Shown piece by piece: positions 35,775 through 48,345 of a stretch of DNA of 64,000 nucleotides. The stretch spans positions 57,972,001 through 58,036,000 of the forward strand of contig NC_058368.1 of assembly GCF_018350175.1 (NCBI RefSeq), written 5' to 3'. The notes below the pieces were generated by a model that saw only the letters and a list, made by a program, of their open reading frames with translations, ran no database searches and was not told the DNA's origin. Position 1 is the first letter of the stretch. Every line of letters starts with the position of its first letter. This DNA comes from Felis catus (taxonomy: Eukaryota). The position numbers were made by a program, and so were the translations under genes.

Positions 35775-38700
35775 TATTGTATGGATCCATGTCAAAATTA
35801 TAGAATTAAGTTTCTGGTGCCCAGTAAGGACTGATTAGGTAAATAAAAATCATGAATAATGTTCTACTCCTATTGGTTGTGTCACTTTTCAGAAAGCAGT
35901 GCGAGCAAACAAACATTATAGGGTAGGTATTTGGAGAGGAAAAAAGGTAGAAAACAAAACTGACTTCTGTATGATTCAGATACAGAGATTCAATAATAAA
36001 TAATCAAACCAACATTTCTGAATAACTTAGACACATTGCCGCTAAAAATATCACAACCTCATCTTTATATTCTCATACTCAGAATTAAGCTAAAGTCTCT
36101 TTTCCCTTGTGGCCACTTTAGAGAAGGGCAGAGGAATCTAGTGCAATACTAAGTGTCTCTTGAAAAGTCAGGTTGTTTAATTAATTGATTTAATTTATTC
36201 TGTGATTCCTTTGAGTCAATTTTGATTAGGGATGAATGCAAATAAATTATAGTGAAAAGAGGATTCAGCTTGTTAACTCTAAATATATGTCTTGTATTAC
36301 TGGGGGAAAGGTTGGAGCCATAAATTAAAGGTACTATTGAAAAATGTGTGTCACATGACCTTGGAAGGCAATACTAATCAATCATTGTGTTTGTTTCCAT
36401 TGAACATAAAAGACCCCGAATGATACTGAGGATAGTGCTTTTGGAGACCTCTATCAATTAACACAAGATGACCATGAGAATAAACCTATTTACCATCCTG
36501 ATTAAAGGTAATGGCTCCTTGATTTGGGACCATTTTTAAAATCAATACCACTAGTTTTTATTTTTTATTTTTTGCTTTTATATTTCAGAAGCAGTAAGAA
36601 TTTGAAAGCAATGCAAATAGTTGTTTCATATAAAGCAAGTCTCAATGCTTGTAAGTTTCATGGTTCCTTACCACAGGTATGCTATTTCCTATTTCAACAT
36701 GTCAAGTTCCAAACACTCACTCAAACTCATTTTTAGATTGGGCTTCCTTAAGAAAAATCTTTAGATGCCTACTCTGTTCTGTTGCAGTAGTACTTCCCAG
36801 CCATTGACCAAAAAAATAATTTGTTTCTTTGTATTCCTATAATGTACCTATATTGTCTTTGTGGGATATTATTTGTATGTTAGTATATATGTACATATGT
36901 TCATTTGTGCATTTGCCTCTACTGATATATATCCAATCTTAGAGGTGACACATTTGGGAAAAATTATATAAATACTTTTTTATATATATCAAGCGACATT
37001 ATAAATACACATCATTCCTATATCAAGTAAGTGACCATATCAAGTGCCTTTTTCATAGAAAAGATGTTTACTTATATTGAGATTATGGTATAGGAACTCT
37101 TAAAACAAGTTTATCCAGTTGAACTATGATGTATGCAGCCTCTTTATGAAAATGTCATCAACATTTCATACCTAATGAACCAAGACAATGAAGAATATTT
37201 CAAATAAAAGAGAGTCATATTTATTTAATCAGACATTTTCTGGCAAATGGTCTTGGAATTATGATGATTCAACTGAAAAGTTTACATTATATTAAAATTA
37301 ATCCCAAAACATTACTTAACAAAGAGCTACTTAGAGTTATTTAGAAGAACATCTGAGCTGTTTGGAATGAACTATCATTGAAAAATACCTTTGTATCAGA
37401 GTTAAGTATTAGATTGCAAGTATATATATGCCTTAATTGTTATATAAGGATATTATCTCATTTTATTTCTTTCTTTCTGTGGTTGTATATCTATGGTTTG
37501 GTTTCTGACAAATATTTACATTTTTAATAAGAAAGATGACTAGGCCCATGGAAATCCAGCATCATATTTTCATTCTTTCATTCTGTGTATAAGATATGCA
37601 ACATTAAAACCAAAAAATTTTTTAAAAGAATAAAGCCCTTGTAATTGTTAACACTACTATAAAACCTGTATGGCACCATTAAAATTGTATTACAAATATT
37701 ATTATAGACATAACTTACTTTTTTTTAGCAAAAGGTTATATAGTTCTCCAGTTTCCAAATCAATCTCATCCCACCTGACCCTATTACAAACTCAGTGCAA
37801 CAGATCTAAGCATAAAGAGCTGAAACATTTGCATTGCTTTGGAAAGAATATATACCCACATGGGGACAGAATAAGTGAGGTTTTTATAGCTCCAAATATG
37901 TTTTCTTATTGAATTTGCACCTGCTTAAAGCTCAGCCAAATTATGGTACATAGGCCAGTTCTATTTTCCATTTTCTTTGTGAATTAGAAGTAAAATAAAT
38001 GTGCAATTGAGCTTAGACAGCAGATGGTCTGCAATAGGTATAAACATATTGTACCATATGTTTGAATGGCATTTTCAGAAAGTACTTGGCACTGCTAAAA
38101 TATTTCATTTTCAATAGACATATGAATATACATACACTACTACAATTAAAGATAAAGTGACTGATTCACTCCTTACCATTTGTGAGAAGTATGGCTTGGG
38201 AATAGATTGGGTACTCCATCTGGAAAACAGCAGTTTCCTTTGTTGACTCCTGATGAGATAGAGAAAAGTAAAGGCAACATAGAGTGATAAGTATGTGGAG
38301 ACTTTTTTGTATCTTTTATAGTCCACAAACAAGTATATACAAGTGAGATATGCTCTGGTTTTGGAATTGTCTCTGGAGAGGCTGCATATCCTGGAAGAAA
38401 GGTGAATGTATCTGAAGCTCTTCTTTTTCTCTCTTCTGATTATCATTCTCTCTATCCACTCACAGGTAGATACTTTAGTATCTTCATTGCAAAATGGAAA
38501 AATAAGGAAATTTTAAAGTGACAAATTTAGTTAAGCACTTTAACAGAGGGGAAAAACTAAAGTTTAGGAATATTACCTGCCTTGACTTAAAGTTCATTTT
38601 ATTGCAGCCAAGCTGATTCAGGTTTTAAATTCCATATTCAGAATGACACATATGTTGTGCATGCATTTTTTAAAGATACATAAAATATATTAAGAAGCTC

Positions 38701-39317
38701 TATATTAAGAAGCATGTTTTTTTTTATCTAAAAAGATGATAAATAAATGCATAGGTATTGATTTATTAGCTTTTTTTGTAATTTTCTGCTTGGTTATTTT
38801 AACCAAGAAGAAGGCCTCAGATGTCACCTCTATGCAATCATCACTCATCTATGAGACAGAACTACACCTCCAAATTACATACATTTACATAGGACTGTTC
38901 CATCAACACATCTCACTAAGCAAACATGAAAACAACCAGGGTGTATTTAACTATCAGGTTGTCCTGGTGAGCCTAATTTCAATTTAGACTTCCCCGGTAT
39001 AGATTTTGGTTCTAATAAATAAGTGCAGGAGTCATGAGTAAAACTTCAGCCAATTTTGTCACATCTTTTCCAACTGCCATTCAATTTCTAGATAGTTCCT
39101 TCTGTTATCAGTGTAATGGCTTTCTAATGTTCATATTCTAGGCATTCCCTTAAACTTTCCATGTTATAATATGGGAATGAATTACAGATTTAAATTTTGT
39201 CTCTGAATTCCATAAATAAAAAAAAGTCAATAAATGTGATTTAAAAATATTTGAAAAAAATAAAAGAGAATGTAAGTAAATACTGTATATTTCTTCAAGC
39301 ATTTTAAACCTATTTTT

Positions 39318-40590
39318 GAGGGAGATTCTGGTTAAAAATGGCACCTGAGTGGCTCAGTCGGTGGGGTAACCAACTCTTGATGTCAGCACAGGTCATGATC
39401 TCACATTTCATGGGATAGGGCCCCACATCAGGGTTTCTGCTCAGTGTGGAGTTTGCTTGGGATTCTTTCTCTCTCTCTCTGCCCCTCCCATACTCATGCT
39501 CTCTCTTTCTCTCTCAAAATAAATACATAAAAACATTTAAAAAAATATATGGGGGATTCTAGGCTCACCTCCTCCCACTGACACAATGAATCTGCTGCTA
39601 AATATGGAACAACTTCCTCTGGGTGGGGGGAGGGGTGGAACTAAACTAAAAGCAGTCTGAGTAACTCTTAGGCTATAAGTCAATGGGAAAAGACCCACCT
39701 CAGAGTCAGCGGAAGCTGGAACACAGTCTTGCCATAAACTCCATCCCCAGTACAGCAACCCACAATCAGGAGGGAACTCCAAACCTGAAGTTTCTCTCTG
39801 ATGAGCAAAAGATTTGAACCCAACACAGGCACACTAATTTTGAAGACCTACACTTGACAGATGAGCTCCCCAAACATCTAGCTTTGAAAACCAATGGGGT
39901 TGGAGTCCACAAGACCATAAGTCTATAACAATTTTAGAAACAGCTCTTAAAGGTCTGCATGCTCAGACTCACCTGCTCTAGGGCTCAGTACAGAGACAGA
40001 AGATGGAAACACTCACAAACTTAATGTGAATGAGATTTATTTGCTATTCTTAAAGCATTGGCCTGAGGGTCAGGCATCTAATTTAACACACATCCAGAGG
40101 CAGGTGGGCCCCATCCTCATGTTCTCCCTTTGCTTGGTACCTCCCAGAAAGGAGTTTGTACAGTTATCTGGAGCACCAGTTTTAGCAATTGCCACCAGGG
40201 GTGACCTCCAGATCTCCTGTCTCTTGTGACTAGAGAGGCTCATAGTTGTGATCCCAGAGGATTGCATAAATTTGCGCACTTTAAAGGCTGTTTCCTGAAG
40301 GTCTGGCTTCCAATTGGTCTGAATCTGGTGCTGACTGAGACTCTCCCTTTGGGGATACTGACAGATCTTGCCACACACTCAACTCCTGGGAACCATTAAA
40401 AATAAAATAGGCTGCTTGGACAGGTTTGAGAGTCAACCAAAAGCTAGAGCAGAAAGTTTACCTCCTATACAAGGCCACTCCTTTAAGTCCAGGAGAGATG
40501 ACTGTTTTATATAATCTTTAAAAACACAAAGAGTCAAGCAAAATGAAGAAACAGAAGGATATGTTCCAAGCAAAATAACATGATTAAGCT
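39318..40590 (+). mobile_element. L1 5'UTR plus first codons of ORF1 (intermediate-age family), 3'-truncated
   Basis: GGGAGATTCTGGTTAAAAATGGC start, GCTCACCTCCTCCCA, CCCAAACATCTAGCTTTGAAAACCA, ends AAACACAAAGAGTCAAGCAAAATGAAGAAACAGAAGGATATGTTCCAA. Confidence 0.75.
39340..39545 (+). mobile_element. CanSINE, older subfamily
   Basis: GGCACCTGAGTGGCTCAGTCGGT head, CTCTTGAT variant, (CT)n and A tail. Confidence 0.92.
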
Positions 40591-40959
40591 TTAAACTATT
40601 TTTTGGTATACCTAAATAGAATCAGGCAGTAAATATGTATTCTGTGATTACTTCAATTCAATTAAGATATTTACATTACATAATATGTTTGAGGTATTGG
40701 CAACACACTATTCATTACAAGAATATTTGAGAGATATTAATACTGTGCTATTTTTCTTTTCTGTTGTATAAAAATACTTCATCAGTAGTGCTTCTGGTTA
40801 TGGTCAGGCAGGTCCTGTCAGACTACCCTTCCCATAGAAAAAAAACTATTAATTTTGTACACAAAAATGTACCTGAAGGCACTAAGCACAACCAAAATCA
40901 CTTAGATATGGTGAATGAAAATCAAACTTGGAAGAAAAAAATAGCACTAGAGTTACCTC

Positions 40960-41128
40960 TTTTTTTTTTTAATGTTTACTTATTTATTTTGAGAGAGAGA
41001 AGGAGGAGGGGCAGAGAGAAAGGGAAAGAGAGAATCCCAAGCAGGCTCAGTGCTTTCAGCTCATGATGTGAGCCAAAATCAAGAATTGGACACTTAACCT
41101 TAACCGACTGAGCCACCCAAGTGCCCCA
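40960..41128 (-). mobile_element. CanSINE with internal deletion
   Basis: B-box region missing; TSD AGAGTT(A/C)CCTCTTTT. Confidence 0.92.
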
Positions 41129-42690
41129 GAGTTCCCTCTTTTATAGATATTTCCTGAGGCTCAATCTCAGTCTTCTCCAGCAAAGATAGTTCAAACTCTA
41201 TTAGACAAATCGGCTAAAAGACTTGAAGAAACAGAAGAGGGAGTTTGTACAAACAGAGTTAATGAAACTGAGAGGGAAAATTCTGGAAATGACCAGAGAA
41301 GGAGAGACCCAAATTTGTTTATAAAAATTTCCAGAGTTTCTGTTTGACCCCTGCATTGTGAATTACTGGAGAACACTCTAAGCACCACAGATAAGGTTAA
41401 AGAATTAAACTGAGACTGGAGCTTCTGTCCCCATAGGAAAGGCAAACTGTAGTTCAGGCAAGTTGAATACTTGCTTTAAAAAAATCAATAATCATAGGAG
41501 GAACGTACAGAACTTACACTAGAAGCTCTAGAAATACTAAAATAAAATATTCATCATTCATCATGGTCAGGATAGAAATAAAAACTACTCAACAAATTAA
41601 GACAAAGGAAAATATGACATTGTCTAGAAAATAAGGCAACCAATAAAGACAAATATGAAATGACCTTGTTGGGAATTACAGCAAACAAATAAAAATTATA
41701 AGAAAATTATCAAAATAGGGACGAGCCAAGATGGCAGAACAGCATGGAAGTTTTTTGTGTGTCTCACGTCCATAAAATACAGCCAGACCAACACTAAACC
41801 ATCCTGCACACCCAGAAAACTGATTGGAGGATTAACACAACAATCTGCACAACCTGAACCACAGAATTAAGCAGGTACTTGGCACAGAGATGTGAACTTG
41901 GGGAGCGAGAAGCCGAGTAAGGCAGGGAGGTGCTTTTGTGGGCAGAGAGAGGATGGAGACGGGGGGAGAATATAGGAAAAGCTCCCCTCCCCAAAAGCAC
42001 CCGGAGAGAAAGTAGAAAATTGGAAACAGCTGCAGGGACTAAACTAAAAGGGAGAAAGGAGAAAGGAGAGGGTTTAATTTCCATTAAGACTGTAAACAAG
42101 GGGAGCACAAAGTCTGAAACTCTGCAGCTTGATACCTGGCAGTACTCTGGTGGGAAGGGCGAATCCCCAGGAGCAGAGTGGGGTCTGGGAGGTTCTTGGG
42201 CCACACAGAGAAAAGTGGTTCCACTGCTGGAAGGACTTTTGGTAGAGACTGTTGAAGCCACCTGGTCCCAGCAGACCCCACAGAGAATGGCTGTTGGTGC
42301 TGGAACAAGGTCGTTAAGGGTGAAGCCTGGTGCCAAATGTGTGTTGTGATTTTCCATAATCCCTGAAAAGCTGCTGCTACACTATCTTGCAAACTTTTTC
42401 TGGGGCGTGCTGGCACCTGGCCGCAGTCTCGGAGCATGGGCAGCAGCAGGGTCCAGCAAGCATTCCTAGGTGCAGCTAACATTTGGCCATTGCTCGGTGA
42501 GACCCTCCCGCAGAGGGGTGGAACGAGTCAGAGCCACAGTCCTTCAGAAGTAAGGGGCTTGGGAAAACAGCTGCATCTGAGACAAAACTCAGGAGAGAGT
42601 TACTGCCTGGGGCTTGGTCAGGGACAGTGAAATAGCAAGGAGTGGATGAAAGCTGAAGACAGAAGACTGTTGCGTGATTGCTGATCCATC

Positions 42691-43567
42691 ATGACAAAAT
42701 GAAGGAATTTGCCCCAAAAGAAAGAGCAGGAAGAAACAACAGCCAAGGATTTAACCAACACAGATACAAGCAAGATGTCTGAACCAGAATTTAGAATCAC
42801 AGTAATAAGAATACAAGCTTGAGTTAAAAATAGATTAGAATCCCTTTCTGCGGAGATAAAAGAAGTAAAAACTAGTCAGAATGAAATAAAAAAATGCTAT
42901 AACTGAGCTGCAATCACCGATGGATACTGCGGTGGCAAGGATAGATGAGACAGAACAGAGAATCAGTGATACAGAGGACAAACCTATGGAGAATAACGAG
43001 GCAGAAAAAAAGGAAGAGATTAAGCCAAAATAGCACGATTTAAGAATTAGAGAAATCAGTGACTCATTAAAAAGGAAGAACATCAGAATCATAGGGGTTC
43101 CAGAAGAGGAAGAGAGAGGAATGGGGGTAGAAGGGTTATGTGAACAAATCATAGCGGAAAATTTTCCTAACCTGGGGAAAGACACAGACATCAAAATCCA
43201 GGAAGCACAGAGGATCCCCATTGGATTCAACAAAAACTGACCATCGATAAGTCATATCATAGTCAAATTCACAAAATACTCAGGCAAGGAGAGAATCATG
43301 AAAACAGCAAGGGGAAAAAAGTCCTACTCTACAAGGGAAGACATATCAGGTTTGCAGCAGACCTATCCACAGAAACTTGGCAGGCCACAAAGGAGTGGCA
43401 GGATATATTCAAGGTGCTGAATAAGAAAAATACTCAGCCAAGAATTCTTTATCCAGCAAGGCTGTCATTCAAAATAGAAGGAGAGAATAAAGTTTCCCAG
43501 GCAAAAATTAAAGGAGTTTGTGACCACTAAACCAGCCCTGCAAAAAATTTTAAGGGGGACTCTCTGA
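42691..43567 (+). pseudogene. L1 ORF1p, disrupted
   Basis: MTK*RNLPQKKEQEETTAKDLTNTDTSKMSEPEFRITVIRI..., NIRIIGVPEEEE, QPRILYPARLSFKIEGE; stop at codon 4 and frameshifts. Confidence 0.93.
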
Positions 43568-46500
43568 GGGGAGAAAAGATGAAAATATACATACATACAT
43601 ACATACATACATGCATACATATATACAGACATACCAAAAGCAACAACGACTAGAAAGGACCAGAGACACCACCAGAAACTCCAACTCTACAAGGATCATA
43701 ATGGCAATAAATTCATATCTTTCAGTACTCACTCTAAATGTCAATGGATTCAATGCTCCAATCAAAAGACATAGGGAAACAGAATGGATAAGAAAATAAT
43801 ATCCATCTATATGCTGTTACAAGAGACCCACTTTAGACTGAAAGACACCTTCAGGTTGAAAATAAGGGGATGGAGAACCATCTATCATGCTAATGGTCAA
43901 CAAAAGAAAGCCAGAGTAGCCATACTTATATCAGACAATCTAGACTTTAAAATAAAGACTGTATCAAGAGATGCAGAAGGGCATTATATCATAATCAAGG
44001 GGTCTATCCACCAAGAAGACCTAACAATTGTAAATATTTATGCACCAAATGTGTAAACATTTATGCACCAAATATATGAATCAATTATCACAAACATAAA
44101 GAAACCATAATAGTAGGAGACTTCAACACCCCACTCACAGCAATGGACAGATCATCTAATCAAAAAATCAACAAGGAAACAATGGCTTTGAATGACACAC
44201 TGGACCAGACGGACTTCACAGATATATTCAGAACATTTCATCCTAAAGCAGCAGGATATACATTCTTCTCCAGTGTACATGGAATGTTCTCCAGAATAGA
44301 CCATATACTGGGACACAAATAAGCCCTGAGTAAGTACAAAAAGGTCGAGATCATACCGCACATATTTTCAGACCACAATGCTATGAAACTCGAACTCAAC
44401 CACAAGGAAAAATTTGGAAAGGTAACAAATACTTGGAGACTGAAGAACATCCTACTAAAGAATGAATGGGCTAACCAAGAAGTTAAAGAGGAAATTAAAA
44501 AGTATATGGAAGTCAATGAAAATGATAACACCACAACTCAAAACCTCTGGGACGCAGCAAAGGCGGTCATAAGAGGAAAGTATATAGCAATCGAGACCTT
44601 CCTAAAAAAGGAAGAAAGATCTCAGATACACAACCTAACCTTAAGCCTTAAGGAGCTGGACAAAGAACAGCAATTAAAACCCAAAACCAACAGAAGACAG
44701 GAAATTATTAATAAAGATTAGAGCAGAAATCAATGCTATCGAAACCAAAAAAAAAAAAAAAAAAAAAAAAAGAAAGAAAAAAAAAGCCCAGTAGAACTGA
44801 TCGATGAAACCAGAAGCTGGTTCTTTGAAAGAATTAACAAAATTGATGAACCACTAGCCAGTTTGGTCAAAAATAAAAAGGAAAGGACCCAAATAAATAA
44901 AATCAAGTATGAAAGAGGAGAGATCACAACCAACACAGCAGAAATAAAAACAATAATAGAGAATATTATGAGCAATTATATGGCAATAAAATGGGCAATA
45001 TGGAAGAAATGGACAAATTCCTAGAAACATATACACTACCATAACTGAAAAGGAAGAAATAGAAATTTTGAACAGACCCATAACCAGTAAGGAAATCGAA
45101 TTAGTAATCAAAAATCTTCCTAAAAACAAGAGTCCAGGGCCCGATGGCTTTCCAGGGGAATTCTACCAAACATTTAAGGAAGAGTTAACACCTATTCTCT
45201 TGAAGCTGTTCCAAAAAATAGAAATGGAAGGAAAACTTCCAAACTGTTTCTATGAATCCAGCATTACCTTGATTCCAAAACAAGACAGACACTCCACTAA
45301 AAAGGAGAACTATAGACCAATTTCCCTGATGAACATGTAAGCAAAAATCCTCAACAAGATAGTAGCCAACCAGATCCAAAAATACATCAAAAAAATTATT
45401 CCTCACGACCAAGTGGGATTATACCTGGGATGCAGGGCTGGTTCAATATCTACAAAACAATTAACATGATTCAGCACATCAATAAAAGAAAGGACAAGAA
45501 CCAAATGATTCTCTTATATGCAGATGCAGAGAAAGCATTAGACAAAATACAGGATCCTTTTTTGATAAAAATCCTCAAGAATGTAGGGATAGAAGGAGGA
45601 TACCTCAAGATCATAAAAGCCATATATGAACCACCCAATGCTAATAACATCCTCAATGGGGAAAAACAGAGCTTCCCCCCTAAGGACAGGAACAAGACAG
45701 GGATGTCCACTTTTGCCACTGTTATTCAACATAGTATTGGAAGTCTTAGCCTCTGCAATCAGACAACACAAAGATATAAAAGGCATCCGAATCGGCCAGA
45801 AGGAGGTCAAACTTTCACTCTTCGTAGATGACATGATCCTCTCTCTATATGGAAAACCCAAAAGATTCCACCAAAAAAACTGCTAGAACTGATTCATGAA
45901 TTCAGCAAAGTTGCAGGATATAAAATCAATGCACAGGAATAGGTTGCTTTCCTATACACCAACAATGAAGTGACAGAAAGAGAAATCAAGGAATCAATCC
46001 CATTTACAGTTGTACAAAAAATAGCCATAAAATACCTAGGAAGAAATATAACCAAAGAGATGAAAAATCTATATCTTGAAAACTACAGAAAGTTTAACAA
46101 AGAAGTTGAAGAAGACACACACAAAAAAGTTAAAAAAAAATAGAAAAAGATTCCATGCTCCTGGATAGGAAGAACAAATATTGTTAAAATATCAATACTA
46201 CCCAAAGCAATCTACATATTCAATGCAATCCCTATCAAAATAACACTAGCATTCTTCACAGAGCTAGAAAAAATAATCCTAAAATTTGTGTGGAACCAGA
46301 AAAGACCCCGAATAGCCAAAGCAATCTTGAAAAAGAAAACCAAAGTAAGAAGCATCACAATCCCAGACTTCAAGCTATACTACAAAGCTGTAATCAAGAA
46401 GGTATGGTACTGGCACAAGAACAGATGCTCAGATCAATGGAACAGAGTAGAGAACCCAGAAATGGACCCACACATGTATGATCAACTAATCTTTGACAAA

Positions 46501-47397
46501 GCAGGAAAGAATATCCAACGGAATAAAGACAGTCTCTTCAGCAAGTGGTGCTGGGAAAACTGGACAGTGACATGCAGAAGAATGAACCTGGACCACTTTC
46601 TTACACCATACACAAAAATAAACTCAAAATGAAAGACCTAAATGTAAGGCAGGAAGCCATCAAAATCCTCCAGGGGAAAGCAGGCAAAACCTCTTTGATC
46701 TTGGCTGCGGCAACTTCTTACTCAACACGTCTCTGGAGGCAAGGGAAACAAAAGCAAAAATGAACTACTGGGAACTCATCAAAATAAAAAGCTTCTGCAC
46801 AGCGAAGGAAACAATTAGCAAAACTAAAAGGGAACTTACAGAATGGGAGAATATATTTCCAAACCATAAAGGGTTTGTATCCAAATTCTACAAAGAACTT
46901 ATCAAACTCAACACCCACAAAACAAATAATCCAGTGAAGAAATGGGCAAAAGACATGAATAAACACTTCTCCAAAGAAGACATCCAGATGGTCAACCAAC
47001 ACATGAAAAAATGCCCAACTTCACTCATCATCAGGGAAATACAAATCAAAACCACAATGAGATACCACCTCACACCTGTCAGAATTAACAACTCAGGCAA
47101 CAACAGATGTTGGCGAGGATGCAGAGAAAGAGGATCTCTTTTGCATTGTTGGTGGGAATGCAAGCTGGTGCAGCCACTCAGGAAAACAGTATGGAGGTTC
47201 CTCAAAAAACTAAAAATAGAACTACCTTATGACCCAGCAATTGCACTACTAGGCATTTATCCACGGGATACAGGTGTGCTGTTTTGAAGGGACACATGCA
47301 CCCCCAATGTTTATAGCAGCACTGTCAACAACAGTCAAAGTATGCAAAGAGCCCAAGTGTCCACTGATGGATGAATGGATAAAGAAGATGTGATATA

Positions 47398-47619
47398 GGG
47401 GCGCCTGGGTGGCTCGGTCGGTTAAGCGTCCGACTTCTGCTCAGGTCTTGATCTCACGGTCCGTGGGTTCGAGCCCCGCGTCGGGCTCTGTGCTGACAGC
47501 TCAGAGCCTTGAGCCTGTTTCAGATTCTGTGTCTCCCTCTCTCTTTGACCCTCCCCCGTTCATGCTCTGTCTCTCTCTGTCTCAAAAATAAATAAACGTT
47601 TAAAAAAATTAAAAAAAAA
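47398..47619 (+). mobile_element. Young CanSINE inside L1 ORF2
   Basis: CpG-rich body; TSD AAGATGTGATA on both sides. Confidence 0.97.
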
Positions 47620-47627
47620 AAGATGTG

Positions 47628-47629
<2 letters not shown>

Positions 47630-47669
<40 letters not shown>
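47630..47669 (+). repeat. (CA)n microsatellite within L1
   Basis: Directly visible, ~19 units. Confidence 0.96.
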
Positions 47670-47670
<1 letters not shown>

Positions 47671-48295
47671 GGAGTATTATTTGGCAATCAAAAAGAATGA
47701 AATCTTGCCATTTGCAACTACGTGGATGGAACCGGAGGGCATTTTGCTAAGTAAAATTAGTAAGTCAGAGAAAGGCAAAAATCATATGACTTCACTTATA
47801 TGAGGATTTTAAGAGAAAAAAGATGAACATAAGGGAAGGGAAACAAAAGCAATATAAAAACAGGGAGGGGACAAAGCATAAGAAACTCATAAATATGGAG
47901 AACAAACAGAGGGTTACTGGAGGGGGTGTGGGAGGGGGGAATGGGCTAAATGGGTAAGGGGCACTAAGGAATATACTCCTGAAATCATTGTTACACTATA
48001 GGCTAACTAATTTGGATGTAAATTTAAAAAAATAAAAATAAAATTAAAAAATAAAAAAATGTTCTAAAAAAAGAAAATTATCAAATTACAATTCTAGAAT
48101 TAAAAAATACAATATCTAAAAGAAAATAATAATCTTAACTGAATGGACTTAGCAGGTGAGTGGAAATAATACAATAAAATTCATTGAATTAAACATAGGC
48201 CAGTGGAAATAATTCTTTCTGAAAAACAGAGGAAAAAAAGTTTTTAGTTTGAATAACTAAAAACTAAATATAGTCTTTAAAAAAAATGAGTCAAT

Positions 48296-48345
48296 ATATT
48301 ATGGACTGAATTATGACCCCCCTAATTCATACATTGAGGCCTCAA
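48296..48345 (+). mobile_element. MLT1 LTR 5' fragment
   Basis: TATGGACTGAATTATGACCCCCTAATTCATACATTGAGGCC. Confidence 0.6.

Larger units (their letters stand above)
43701..47803 (+). pseudogene. L1 ORF2p (APE endonuclease, RT, C-terminal domain), disrupted
   Basis: [72 protein letters not shown]; many stops and frameshifts plus SINE insertion. Confidence 0.96.
41718..48070 (+). mobile_element. Full-length felid/carnivore LINE-1, inactivated
   Basis: GGGACGAGCCAAGATGGC start (YY1-type motif), 5'UTR, ORF1, ORF2, G-rich 3'UTR, A-rich tail; 18-bp TSD AAGAAAATTATCAAA(A/T)TA at 41700-41717 and 48071-48088. Confidence 0.97.

Noticed and set aside
42835..47205. Hydrophobic minus-strand ORFs over L1 ORF1/ORF2
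   Set aside because: Typical antisense shadow ORFs of A-rich L1 coding sequence
42691..47803. Retrotransposition-competent L1
   Set aside because: Stop at ORF1 codon 4, many ORF2 stops and frameshifts, and a SINE insertion
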